From positions 62,998 through 126,997 of the IMG/VR virus record IMGVR_UViG_3300017748_000001: a stretch of DNA of 64,000 nt; one strand, written 5' to 3'. Source of the stretch: a virus. Position numbers and translations under genes: made by a program. The notes beneath the pieces were generated by a model, which was not told the origin of the DNA, did no database searches, and saw nothing but the letters and a program-made list of their open reading frames with translations. This document shows positions 1 to 10,318 of this stretch, one piece after another. Each line of letters begins with the position of its first letter. The first letter of the stretch is position 1.

Positions 1-756
1 CTCAGAAAACAACTCATTCAATCTAGTGGTGAATGATTCCTTTAATTGTTCAGAAGTATTCTCTACATCAGTTAATAAAGTTTCTTCGGAGTCTGAAGTG
101 AATTGTTGGAGTAGTGTATCGTCATTTAAAATATCTTCTACAATATTTCTAGAAGTGTCATTTATTATTTCTCGGAAACTATCGAATATTTGACCTATCG
201 AACTTAAATCTATTTCGCCCGAAGTATCAGTATCTACAAATCCAGCTTTCTGTAAAACTTCTAATATTAGATCTGGTTCTATTTGATTTATCGGAGAAGT
301 CGCGGAACCTCTATTTGCAGAAATCGCGTCGGATAAACTAGAGGCAACAATAGAAGTAAGAATTTCTGATATTCTTGTATTTTCGTCGTTAGATTGACTA
401 GAGAATTTCGCTGGTTCATTTGCGAGAGGATCATTTATCTCGACACTCCAAGAAAAAGTGTCTGCGACTTCGTAAATAAATCCAGATACTCTTTCAAGAA
501 CTTGAACTTCGTATGCGACAGGCTGATTTATTACTTGATGATTGACTTCTAATCTTAGTCTATCACCATTCTGAACTGATACTACATTTCCCCAGAAAAT
601 GTCATCCACATACATGAACGCACTTAAGGATACGAGTACAATAATATCATCTAATCCAGAGATGACAATTTCATTTGAACCAACTGATTGTGGTTGAGCA
701 TTTAGTTGGGTTTCAACATAATCCTCAAATAAAAATATTGTTTTATAATCTGGCAT
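1..756 (-). CDS. Hypothetical late (probably virion) protein, 3' end runs off the window
   Basis: ATG at 756 (MPDYKTIFLFEDYVETQLNAQ...). Frame was open in the stretches translated (756 to about 181) and not truncated by the ORF track; follows a CATAAATA late-type motif. Absent from the ORF track because it has no stop in the window. Confidence 0.7.
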   Translation of the reverse strand, partial: MPDYKTIFLFEDYVETQLNAQPQSVGSNEIVISGLDDIIVLVSLSAFMYVDDIFWGNVVSVQNGDRLRLEVNHQVINQPVAYEVQVLERVSGFIYEVADTFSWSVEINDPLANEPAKFSSQSNDENTRISEILTSIVASSLSDAISANRGSATSPINQIEPDLILEVLQKAGFVDTDTSGEIDLSSIGQIFDSFREIINDTSRNIVEDILNDDTLLQQFTSDSEETLLTDVENTSEQLKESFTTRLNELFSE

Positions 757-772
757 TAGGTTCTCTGGATAT

Positions 773-799
773 AAAAAAAGGAGACATAGGCCTCCTTTT
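773..799 (-). terminator. Intrinsic terminator after the 1253-aa gene
   Basis: Minus strand AGGAGGC-CTAT-GTCTCCT followed by a T run. Confidence 0.75.
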
Positions 800-806
800 A
801 TTTATG
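799..806 (-). promoter_or_regulatory. T4-type late promoter variant CATAAATA
   Basis: One mismatch to the gp55 consensus TATAAATA; 42 nt upstream of the ATG at 756. Confidence 0.6.
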
Positions 807-821
807 ACGATTTATTGAGGT

Positions 822-3800
822 CTAAGTCCTAACAACAAAATCCGAATAGATAGGATTGATAGGGCCACCTCTTACTAGAACAAATATTCTCATACCGTTT
901 CCATAACTCTGCGTAGATTGCATACCTACATAAGATCTGGATGCAGAACTTGATGAAGTATCTGTTCCGGTGTGCCAAGAATATATGTCTCTGTAGTTAA
1001 GAACATCTCCATTTACGGAAGTATAGTCTCCAGCAGACGATGCGCTAGGCGCAACACCAACGCCGTTATCAAGACTAAATGAACCAGTGATATCACTCGC
1101 AAGACTTACTTGTTTCCCGTCTAGATCGTATTTTGGAGACGCTACAGTACCAATACTAGTGAAACCTCCGAGCGTCGATGAACTAGCACCAGAATAACAT
1201 ATCAAATCCATTTCGGAGTTTGGATAGATAAACTTCTGTGTTGTCAAAGGAGAAGGGAATGTGAACACAAACGTCTTATCCTGAGTGATTGATAATTGTT
1301 CCTGTGGATTGATAATCGCTGGACTATCTATCTGAGGAATAACAGCAGAGACATGGAAGTCCCATGGCTTCAATACATCACTTTCGCGAACAACAAATCG
1401 ATATATCGCAATAGTGTCTTTGTGTAAGTTAGACCAAGCACTAGGAATATCTCTATCTTCTGGTATTTCTAACAAGTAAGTTGCAGAAGCGGAATCCGTT
1501 TCTTCTGAAGAGTTATAGTTCTCATAAGAGAATTTCAGTTGTTCTCCATTTACCAATTCGTTCTTGACGTATATTGTATCTTGTGCGACAGAATATACAT
1601 ATTCGTTTTGTGCGCTGAGAGTTATGTCTCGGAAAGATACATCTCCATCAGATGTGATAATGTATCCAGAAGGATATGGAGAAGAACTAATCTCTACGCC
1701 ATTTACAAATACATCCAGTCTGTTCACTTCGTATAATGGTTTAATTTGTGCAGTGGGCCTTATCTGAGAAGTTCCTCCAAACGGATTGATGTACTGTCCT
1801 TGATAACCAGCACCATTCCAGACATACAACAAGATAACCTTTGTATTTTCTGGACTGAAGTAAGAACGGACTTCTAGAACATCGCTACTGGATAATTGTC
1901 CAGTTACTGTTTCGTCGTAACTAAATCTCGGCAGAGCACTCGTTGTTGCTGCAACCGTATCTATAGAAACCGTTACATCTCCTGATTGACCTACAGAAGC
2001 AGCTTCTAGAACAATACTTCCAGCAGGAGAAAATGGAACTGATTCGCTGACCTTGACGGTTTCGGTAATAGTAAATTCTCCTAACGCACTGATACTAACA
2101 CCAGTTGCAGTTCTGTTTCCGCCGTCGAAGATTATATCCGCAGCTGCCTGAGTTCCAAGAGTATAATTAGATAAAGTTACAGTAAAAGAAAACTCTTGAG
2201 ATATTTGATATTGAGAACTTGGTATCAACGCACCGTTCTTTAGTACTCTTTGTGCGACAACTGAATTTCCTGCTGCGTCATACCATCCATGTCTTCCCAA
2301 TTGTAGAGAAGTCGCAAGAACCGCGCCTGGCATATTTGGGCCTTCTACTAAATCTGAAATGTACATACTGGGAACAATATTTTCTGTATCCAGAGTCTTG
2401 AACTGCAGATACCAATAATCGTCAGTTTCTTTTACAACCTCGTAATCAAGACCTTCTGTCAGGGTTGCAACTCTATTACTTCCACCAGTGGCAACGTCTA
2501 ACGCTTGAACTTGATATGGGGCAAGACCGGACTCGGATGGCCCAAGTTGTTCTTGTCGAGACAGACTCAGAGTGTTCAATTTCTTAGGAACATATCTAAG
2601 ACCATCTGGGTTTGACAACTGAATACCGGCAGTCGCTGCAGTTGCATAAGAGACGATTGCAAATTCTTGATCCGCTGCTTCTATTGCGTCTGTAGGAACA
2701 TTAACAGATGGTGTTCCAGATTGAGCATAAGGATAACCCAACATATCTCCCGCAGTACTTAATCCAGTATCTGGTGGCATAAGTCTGTTGTAGACACCCT
2801 TTGTCGTATAGTTTGATCCAAGAGGGAGTTGATAGTTACCAGCACCAAGAGCATAGTCTGCGATATTTTTCTCATGAATTGGATCGTAACTAACAGGGGG
2901 AGTTCTATAACTCGTTCCTCTGTAGTATGCGGTTCCTGCATTTGATACTGCGACTGGTTCTTTGTCCGTTATGATAGAAAACTGTATCGGAGTCTCTGGT
3001 GTTAACTGAGTTCCGTCCGTCTTGAATATAGGCCCAAGATCTGTTGTTTCGATGACCGTCTTTCCACTGGCAAAGGTTTGAGATGAATATGAAGCAAAGA
3101 ACCCCATATTAAAATCAGACGCCTCTGTGGGGCGTTTAGACGGTGCATACACGCAATGAACTGGAGACTTACCATCTTCTAAGTCAATCTTACCGGAGAT
3201 ATTATTAACGTGTCTCTGAACTACAAACCATGCGTAGTCATCATCTGACACTGAAGCTTGATCTTGAATAAAGAATGCGGTTCCATGATCCGAACAAGTG
3301 AGACGATATGATATGGGATAACTTCCAGCAATATTTCCATCAGTCTTTCCCTGCCTTCTATAGAAACCAGATTTTGCTTTGTTTCCTCTCTCATCAAACT
3401 TGTAATACACATCGGAAAGTTCGCCCGGACTTCTTGTTGGGCCAGATTCGATACCATCTCTTCCGACAGTTTCTGACAATGTTCCGTCATCAAGAATCTG
3501 AAACTTAGTTCCAATATTTACATGAATATATTCATCTCTAGAGTCATAGAAAAATCTCATTCTCCATTTCTGTGGAGTTCTATTTTCCTGAGCAACCTGA
3601 GAGGCGACTGCAGTAGTAGGAACAAATGTATTAGATGAGTCGATATCTTTCAATGAAGAAAGAATATCTGTTCCTTTTTCTGATTCTACTACAAATACTG
3701 ATCCAACTCTTCGAATACAATCCATGACTGAAGTATGATCTTGTTGACCATCAAAATCTATTGGAGGATTTGTGATGTCATAATCTTGTACTCTTGGGTA

Positions 3801-4583
3801 TATTATATTATATGGCTGTGGTTCGACATCAGCACTAGGAATTACTAACATCCACTCTCCCTCGTTATAAGAGGTAGTGGAAGAATCTGATTTGACTTTA
3901 AGAACTGTTATGTCTGCGATATTATTAGTTACCGAATCGACCAGAAAGACACCAGTTCCATACTTTTCTTTTATTCTCTTTCCTGTATCGGATGGATCAA
4001 AATTAACTGATGCCCCAGAAGAATCTGTTAGTGTAATTGTGCCAGATTGATCAACGCTATTTACTGCAATATCAACCGCTGCGACAGATTTCTTTTGTTG
4101 ATTAGATGACCATGCTTCAGAAAAATCATTTCGATATGGATGTAGCGTTAAATCTTTCGCAAGAATTTGAAGAATTCCAGAAGGATCCGCGTTCCCTGAG
4201 TTTACTACAGGGAAATACTGAACTACTATTTTTAGACCTGACGCTGGAGCGGTTTTAAATGTTATAGTTCCATTATCACTATCGTCTGAAGTTTGCGGAG
4301 GTGTATAATAGAACTCTCCATTATTCGCAAAGGTCGAATCTCCAGTAATATTATCTAAACTATACTCTGGCCCATTAACAGAAACTTGGAACACGCGAAA
4401 CTGCTGAACATCCGATAGGTTCAGATTAGGTCTTTTACCTTCCTCAGAAAATACTGGAAACGATGTTGATGTTCCATCCCCTTGTAATAGGTGAGTAAAA
4501 TAAGGAGGTTGAACAGTAAGTATTTCATTTCTTTGTACTGAAAATCCGGAAGACTTAAATGGATAATTCAAAGTCGAAGACAT
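822..4583 (-). CDS. Large virion-associated protein, paralog 1 of a three-gene family (unknown conserved scaffold with inserts)
   Basis: Shares blocks YPISYRLT..DHG..DDDYAWFVVQRHV..SPVHCVY, RFVVRESDVLKPWD..IINPQEQLSITQD and GNGMRIF with the next two ORFs; late promoter upstream; S/T/G-rich beta-type inserts. Confidence 0.65.
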   Translation of the reverse strand: MSSTLNYPFKSSGFSVQRNEILTVQPPYFTHLLQGDGTSTSFPVFSEEGKRPNLNLSDVQQFRVFQVSVNGPEYSLDNITGDSTFANNGEFYYTPPQTSDDSDNGTITFKTAPASGLKIVVQYFPVVNSGNADPSGILQILAKDLTLHPYRNDFSEAWSSNQQKKSVAAVDIAVNSVDQSGTITLTDSSGASVNFDPSDTGKRIKEKYGTGVFLVDSVTNNIADITVLKVKSDSSTTSYNEGEWMLVIPSADVEPQPYNIIYPRVQDYDITNPPIDFDGQQDHTSVMDCIRRVGSVFVVESEKGTDILSSLKDIDSSNTFVPTTAVASQVAQENRTPQKWRMRFFYDSRDEYIHVNIGTKFQILDDGTLSETVGRDGIESGPTRSPGELSDVYYKFDERGNKAKSGFYRRQGKTDGNIAGSYPISYRLTCSDHGTAFFIQDQASVSDDDYAWFVVQRHVNNISGKIDLEDGKSPVHCVYAPSKRPTEASDFNMGFFASYSSQTFASGKTVIETTDLGPIFKTDGTQLTPETPIQFSIITDKEPVAVSNAGTAYYRGTSYRTPPVSYDPIHEKNIADYALGAGNYQLPLGSNYTTKGVYNRLMPPDTGLSTAGDMLGYPYAQSGTPSVNVPTDAIEAADQEFAIVSYATAATAGIQLSNPDGLRYVPKKLNTLSLSRQEQLGPSESGLAPYQVQALDVATGGSNRVATLTEGLDYEVVKETDDYWYLQFKTLDTENIVPSMYISDLVEGPNMPGAVLATSLQLGRHGWYDAAGNSVVAQRVLKNGALIPSSQYQISQEFSFTVTLSNYTLGTQAAADIIFDGGNRTATGVSISALGEFTITETVKVSESVPFSPAGSIVLEAASVGQSGDVTVSIDTVAATTSALPRFSYDETVTGQLSSSDVLEVRSYFSPENTKVILLYVWNGAGYQGQYINPFGGTSQIRPTAQIKPLYEVNRLDVFVNGVEISSSPYPSGYIITSDGDVSFRDITLSAQNEYVYSVAQDTIYVKNELVNGEQLKFSYENYNSSEETDSASATYLLEIPEDRDIPSAWSNLHKDTIAIYRFVVRESDVLKPWDFHVSAVIPQIDSPAIINPQEQLSITQDKTFVFTFPSPLTTQKFIYPNSEMDLICYSGASSSTLGGFTSIGTVASPKYDLDGKQVSLASDITGSFSLDNGVGVAPSASSAGDYTSVNGDVLNYRDIYSWHTGTDTSSSSASRSYVGMQSTQSYGNGMRIFVLVRGGPINPIYSDFVVRT

Positions 4584-4599
4584 ACTTTCCTCTTTATAT

Positions 4600-4607
4600 T
4601 ATTTATG
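4600..4607 (-). promoter_or_regulatory. Late promoter variant CATAAATA
   Basis: Intergenic, 16 nt upstream of the ATG at 4583, with GAGGA RBS in between. Confidence 0.65.
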
Positions 4608-4630
4608 AGATATTACGAATGCGAAACTCC

Positions 4631-7600
4631 TTATGTTGGAGCTTCACCTTCGGTAACATCACTATAACGTACACTAGAACCAGTAACTTGTAAGAATACT
4701 CTCATACCATTACCATTTGGTTCTGTACTCATCATACCTTCGTACTTCCTCTTATTCTTCTTCCAGATGTACTGTCGATTGTCTGGCCCGGTATGCGCCG
4801 CAAACCTAAATGGCCCAGCACTATCGGAAATTCCAGTAGGATTGATACCTTCTAAATTAGCGCCAACAAATAGAGTTCCGTTCTTTCCATCTGAGTCAGA
4901 ATACTTGTCAATTTCAATATGACCAGCCTGTGTAGAGAAGTCAGCAGAAGAAATTGCAATCAAGTCTAATTCACTTCTAGGATAATAGAATCTTTGAGAA
5001 GTCAACTGAGTTGGGAAACTAAATACGAAATCCCTATCCTGAGTGATTGACAACTGTTCTTGTGGGTTGATAATTGAGTTAGAATCTGCTTCATGCATTG
5101 TTGCAGAAGTATGATAATCCCAAGGTTTCAGCACATCACTTTCTCTTACGACAAACCTGTTGATAGTCTTAACAGAGTTTTGGTTACGATCCGGAAGATC
5201 TCTATCCGGCGGAACTGTCACAATGTATGTGGTCTGTGATGGAGTAGATGAGTTATAATTCACCAACTTCATAGAGAATGAAGAACCTGATCGTGGAGTA
5301 TCTCTAAAGTAGAGAGTCTGGTTGAAGAAGTCATACAGATACCTGTTAGGCCCTGCAGTCAAGTTCAACTGAGATGTTCCGTAATCTGAGAAGATTGGGT
5401 CGCCTGGCAACTTACCTCTCAACCCAACAGAATCTGTGGAAGTTACTAAAAAGTCTGATGGAGTTAGTGCTTGTATATTAGTTACAAATGTTGCGTCAAA
5501 CGGATCTCCAGATCCGGTAGAACTCTTACTTTCGTTTGTTGTTCCGCCAGGGCCGCCGCTGAGTCCGGTGACAAAGGATAGAGTATCACCTGCAGCATTT
5601 TCCGGCAACTTAAAGTTGGTTCCAAATGCATCTACTCCAGCATTATCAAGACCCTCTAAGAATCTTTGTACTGTTGCGGGATCTCCATTTCGTACCCATT
5701 CGTCATATGTAAGAACATATGCGTTGGGATCTCGTAGAATTTCTACGCCGTCAAGAGCAACTACCAAACTTTCAAATACCTTTTCTCTGTTTGCGGATAC
5801 TTCATTAAAGAGAATATCTAATAGTGCATAAGACGGATCGTCCCAGTCGCCCAATGTAAGGGGATCTTGACCCGCCGTTTGATTTGTCGCGTCATCAAAT
5901 GATGATACAGAACTTATTTCAGAAACTGGAAATGTTACATTACCAGAAAGTTGAGTACCTAATTGCTGGCCAGGGTTTGTCTGCCAACTTGCTCCTGCCT
6001 GCGCCCCAACCTGTAATGGTGTGGTTGAAGATGCCACAGGATAACTTGCGCCGCTGGTAACATTACCGATATTAGTAAACCTACCTGATCGTCCTAGTGC
6101 TCCAAATCCTAAAATACTTAGTTCAGATACTTTATCTCCACCAGAATTCCAGTAAGTGGTTGCAACCGCATCACTGACATCCGCACCACCGATAAAACCA
6201 ACATCCAGTTCATCTTTATATATTGGTGTGCCTGGCGTTGCCTGGGGAATAGCGTATGTTCCTGTGAAGTCGATTGCGTTTACAAAGTCGTTAAAGAAAC
6301 TCTGGTCTCTGTTTACAAAGATTGTAGGAGCTTCTGTTTCTAATTCTCTACCAAAACTATCAAATATGTTTCTTGGTTTAGAAAGATCCGCGACATCTTG
6401 TGTTGAGTAGTATGTGTTCAAGTCACTAATTTCTACTGGTCGTTTTGTTGGTGAGTATACACAGTGTACTGGAGACTTACCAGAGAATTCTGGTTGTCCT
6501 GTAGACTGGTCAACGTGACGTTGTACAACAAACCATGCATAGTCATCATCTTGGTCTACTGATGCTTGATCAAATACGAACAGTCCCATACCGTGGTCGG
6601 TTACTGTCATTCTATATGACATCGGATATGAACGTGCTACTTCATCTTCACTCTTAGATACTCTAGTAAAGAATTGTGACTTTGCCTTTTGGATTCTGGT
6701 GACAACGCCTCGACCAATGCTTGGTTCTTGGTAAACGTCACACAATTCGCCCGGCTCTCTGTAGATGGGATATTTCGCACCATCTCTTCCTTGACCTTGT
6801 GTAATTGTCATGTCATCAAGGAGTTGATATTCTGTTGCGACATTGACCTTAATCTGAGAACCATCACCACTGTATTCAAAACGAATTCTCCAGTTTTGTG
6901 GTTTGGTCTTATTTGATGTTGGATCGGTAGAGATCGGAGTCAATTCGTCATCTGATAGCAAGTCAGTTCCTCTTGCGGATTCTACAAGAAATTTTGTAGT
7001 GACTTGTTTCAGTGCAGCAAGAACATCTTCTTTGGAATTACTTACTGGTTTGGGGTGAATCAGATTAAACGCAGGGATAAACTGTTCGTCATCTTTGAAT
7101 TCTAGTAGGAACAGATCTCCTGACTTGATAAAATCTAAGTCTGCAGATTGAGTTTTACCAGTGTTAAGTCCAGTCGCAACCGGATTATCTGGATCGGTAT
7201 CATCGACAAGATCAGAAAATAATATAGTTGCTCTATTTCCAGAAGACGGGTTGGTATATGTGATTTGTCCACCGTCAGGATCGAATGGCCCAAACTTTGC
7301 ACCAAATGGAACTGCGAGTGAATGCTTCCAGTGAAAACCTACAATAACTTCGACGGAACTTGCGTCAGATACCCAGTTGAATTCAGAAGAAGCAACCAAT
7401 AACTTAATGGTTACAGAACGATCTGAGTTTTGTTCAACAGACCAGTATTCATCTTGGATAACTCTTCCTGCAATAGATACTCGGAATTCTCCGTCTCCTA
7501 AATCAGCAATAGAAAATGGGAAATCACTAGTTAATGTTTTTGGAGTAATGTTGGATGGATCTGAGTCCGATATATCTACAGCCGAATATGTTACTGCGTG

Positions 7601-8272
7601 TTCTCTAATAAGTTTGTAAACCGCATTAGGAGTTCTTGCCGTTTTTCTAGCATCCTCAATCGCTTGAGCAGTGTTAGTTGCTGGGTTCTCACTAAAGTCA
7701 TCACTAAAAGACTCTGAAAGTCCAATTGGACTAGCGGAACCCATATACTTGAATATTTCTGGAGAATCATAAGGATGGATACACATATCACTTGCAAGTT
7801 GGAAAAGAAGTCCGCCTCTGGAACCAGTCCATTGAGTTTCATGTTCTTGATATGTAATCTCTAAGATTTCGTTACCTGATGGAGTATACTCTGGTGCGAA
7901 TTCAATGCCTCCGAATACGCCAAGACTCTGATCGAACTTTACTGCGCCCAATCCAGAAACAGTATCTCCTTCTGCATAGGTTTCCGTAGAAGAATCCCAA
8001 ATTGCTTGGTCAGTCTTACCAGAAGCAGTACCGTTCTGTGCAGAAGAGTTTCCTCCATTTGCAACAGAGCCCGGAGCAATTGTTCTATCTAGGTCATAAC
8101 GAACACCACCAACTTTGATGCTCCACTCCCAATCTTTACTTGTGAAATCAATCTTAGACCTCAAGAAAAACTGGTTCTTTGTACCTTCAGCAGAATGGGT
8201 TTCATATTGCTGACGATGAGGTATATTAATGATTTCATTTCTTTGAATACTATATCCACTTGCAACAGGCAT
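4631..8272 (-). CDS. Large virion-associated protein, paralog 2
   Basis: Same conserved blocks as 822..4583; N-terminus SGYSIQRNEI matches SGFSVQRNEI of paralog 1. Confidence 0.65.
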   Translation of the reverse strand: MPVASGYSIQRNEIINIPHRQQYETHSAEGTKNQFFLRSKIDFTSKDWEWSIKVGGVRYDLDRTIAPGSVANGGNSSAQNGTASGKTDQAIWDSSTETYAEGDTVSGLGAVKFDQSLGVFGGIEFAPEYTPSGNEILEITYQEHETQWTGSRGGLLFQLASDMCIHPYDSPEIFKYMGSASPIGLSESFSDDFSENPATNTAQAIEDARKTARTPNAVYKLIREHAVTYSAVDISDSDPSNITPKTLTSDFPFSIADLGDGEFRVSIAGRVIQDEYWSVEQNSDRSVTIKLLVASSEFNWVSDASSVEVIVGFHWKHSLAVPFGAKFGPFDPDGGQITYTNPSSGNRATILFSDLVDDTDPDNPVATGLNTGKTQSADLDFIKSGDLFLLEFKDDEQFIPAFNLIHPKPVSNSKEDVLAALKQVTTKFLVESARGTDLLSDDELTPISTDPTSNKTKPQNWRIRFEYSGDGSQIKVNVATEYQLLDDMTITQGQGRDGAKYPIYREPGELCDVYQEPSIGRGVVTRIQKAKSQFFTRVSKSEDEVARSYPMSYRMTVTDHGMGLFVFDQASVDQDDDYAWFVVQRHVDQSTGQPEFSGKSPVHCVYSPTKRPVEISDLNTYYSTQDVADLSKPRNIFDSFGRELETEAPTIFVNRDQSFFNDFVNAIDFTGTYAIPQATPGTPIYKDELDVGFIGGADVSDAVATTYWNSGGDKVSELSILGFGALGRSGRFTNIGNVTSGASYPVASSTTPLQVGAQAGASWQTNPGQQLGTQLSGNVTFPVSEISSVSSFDDATNQTAGQDPLTLGDWDDPSYALLDILFNEVSANREKVFESLVVALDGVEILRDPNAYVLTYDEWVRNGDPATVQRFLEGLDNAGVDAFGTNFKLPENAAGDTLSFVTGLSGGPGGTTNESKSSTGSGDPFDATFVTNIQALTPSDFLVTSTDSVGLRGKLPGDPIFSDYGTSQLNLTAGPNRYLYDFFNQTLYFRDTPRSGSSFSMKLVNYNSSTPSQTTYIVTVPPDRDLPDRNQNSVKTINRFVVRESDVLKPWDYHTSATMHEADSNSIINPQEQLSITQDRDFVFSFPTQLTSQRFYYPRSELDLIAISSADFSTQAGHIEIDKYSDSDGKNGTLFVGANLEGINPTGISDSAGPFRFAAHTGPDNRQYIWKKNKRKYEGMMSTEPNGNGMRVFLQVTGSSVRYSDVTEGEAPT

Positions 8273-8308
8273 TATTTTCTCCTTTGAGACATATTTTACT
8301 TATCTGAC

Positions 8309-8316
8309 TATTTATA
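8309..8316 (-). promoter_or_regulatory. T4 late promoter TATAAATA
   Basis: Exact consensus, intergenic, 36 nt upstream of the ATG at 8272. Confidence 0.8.
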
Positions 8317-8332
8317 AAACTTTTTTCATCAC

Positions 8333-10309
8333 TTAAATTAAGTTTGCGGAAGTATCTGTTCCAATGTTAACATCACTGTTAAAGATGTGTCTTCCGTTCA
8401 CTAATAACATAATTCTCATGCCGTTTCCGTTGGCAAGAGTTGACCTCATTCCCTGATATCTTCTATTGTCTGCGTTTCCAGAAGGAAGATATGTATTCAT
8501 AGGAACATTACTTCCTTCAGCCACAACCTCCGCAGAAGAAAAACATATGAGGTCTATTTCTTCTTTCGGATACATAAATCTTTGCGTTGTCAAACCAGTC
8601 GGGAATGTAATTACAAATCTATTGTCGTTAGTTATTGCTAACTGTTCTAGAGGATTTATAATCGCATTGCTGTCGGTCTGATGTTTAGTCGCAAGTTTAT
8701 GAACATCCCAAGGTTTTAATATATCAAATTCTCTCGCAACAAATCGCCAGATAAGTTTTGCAGTAAATTCGTCTGCAAGAGAATCTTCTCTATCGTATGG
8801 ACTCAGAATATAAAAACTATCATTATTTAAATTATCAACAGAATAACTGTTACCTTCGTTATCGAAAACAGTATTCACTGTGGTTTCTGCGGTTTGTAGA
8901 TTCGCAGCACTCTCAGAGAAGTATACACCGAAATCTCTCGCATATACACTTTCTCTAGAACAAGAATAAAGAACATGAACTGGGTATCTTGAGGCCTCAT
9001 CTGTTGGTGCTGTACCTTCTACATTATCTACGGTTCTTTGTACGCAAGTCCAAGCGTAATCGTCTGACTGATCACTGGCTGCATCGTCAAAGATATAGAA
9101 AACAAATCCTCTTTCTGTCATAGTCAAACGATATGACATGGGATACGTTCCCTCAAGATTAGTTCCGATCTTTGGAAATCTCTTGAACCAACCTTTTCCT
9201 TTTCTCTTATTTCTAAATCTCTTACTTCTATTTATTTCGGTAGTAACAAGAGTTAGAGCGAGGGTAAGGCTACTATCTGCACCAGTTACTGTTTCTCCTT
9301 CAACAAAAGGAATACTATTCCAATTAGAAAATGTAATGCTCTGTGTAGTAGATGCGGTAGAACAACTATGAACGGTTGCTGATGCTCCTCCTGCTCCAGT
9401 AATAACTTCTCCGACGGTATATTTGTTCACACCATCATAAGGCAATATTAATGATTGTGCAGGAATTGTGACATCTTCGAAGTGTAAATCAACTAGTTCG
9501 CCCGGAGTCCGAACTACAGAAGTTGTAAGAGTAGATCCATTTTCCAGAGTGATCAATCCATCATTTCCTGATATAGACTCTAACACACTGCCGTCATTCA
9601 GAAGTTGATTGGATGTCCCTATGTTTATTTTCAACCAACCGTACATACAGTTTGGTATTCCTTCTGATTCTGTCCAAGATCCATTAAATGTATATCCAAC
9701 GTGTACGAGATTATTATCCGAATCTTTAGAGTTCTGAAGAAGATGTTGAGATTCTGAAGTTTCGTTGATATTCGCACCAGAAACATATTGCGCCTTGCCC
9801 ATAGATCTCAATTTTAAATTAAGTTGATAAAGTTCTCTCTTATATTCTGTATCTGTGGTATTCAATCTTGGCCTTTCGTCAAACTCAAATCTTACTCTAT
9901 ATGACTGATCAACACCCCTAGAAACCGCTCCACGATTTGGAAGAATTTCGTTGGTTGTTTCTAACAACATAACGTGTTGACGTTGATTGCCTAATGGCCC
10001 AAAGTTAGCCTGACCAGAATATGGTTGTGAATTCAAATTAAGTTGATTGAAAAATTTTTTAGTAATATCGGTGGCAGAATTATCCCCTACTCCGACTAAT
10101 TGTATTTTATTATCTGGAGTAGTTTCTCCGTTATACAATTGCCATGATGCAGTCATATCAGATGCAAGAGTCATCATCAGCCCAACACCAGAAACCGCGC
10201 CGGTGCTGTCAATTCCTCCAGTATCTGTGAGTTTAGTGAATCCAGACCTTGCCACGGATATTCCATAGTTAGGTAAATCACTTATACTGTTTATTAATTT
10301 TACTGCCAT
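8333..10309 (-). CDS. Virion-associated protein, paralog 3 (compact form)
   Basis: YPMSYRLT..DDYAWTCVQR..PVHVLY, RFVAREFDILKPWD..IINPLEQLAIT and GNGMRIM blocks with short linkers. Confidence 0.65.
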   Translation of the reverse strand: MAVKLINSISDLPNYGISVARSGFTKLTDTGGIDSTGAVSGVGLMMTLASDMTASWQLYNGETTPDNKIQLVGVGDNSATDITKKFFNQLNLNSQPYSGQANFGPLGNQRQHVMLLETTNEILPNRGAVSRGVDQSYRVRFEFDERPRLNTTDTEYKRELYQLNLKLRSMGKAQYVSGANINETSESQHLLQNSKDSDNNLVHVGYTFNGSWTESEGIPNCMYGWLKINIGTSNQLLNDGSVLESISGNDGLITLENGSTLTTSVVRTPGELVDLHFEDVTIPAQSLILPYDGVNKYTVGEVITGAGGASATVHSCSTASTTQSITFSNWNSIPFVEGETVTGADSSLTLALTLVTTEINRSKRFRNKRKGKGWFKRFPKIGTNLEGTYPMSYRLTMTERGFVFYIFDDAASDQSDDYAWTCVQRTVDNVEGTAPTDEASRYPVHVLYSCSRESVYARDFGVYFSESAANLQTAETTVNTVFDNEGNSYSVDNLNNDSFYILSPYDREDSLADEFTAKLIWRFVAREFDILKPWDVHKLATKHQTDSNAIINPLEQLAITNDNRFVITFPTGLTTQRFMYPKEEIDLICFSSAEVVAEGSNVPMNTYLPSGNADNRRYQGMRSTLANGNGMRIMLLVNGRHIFNSDVNIGTDTSANLI

Positions 10310-10318
10310 AATATATCT

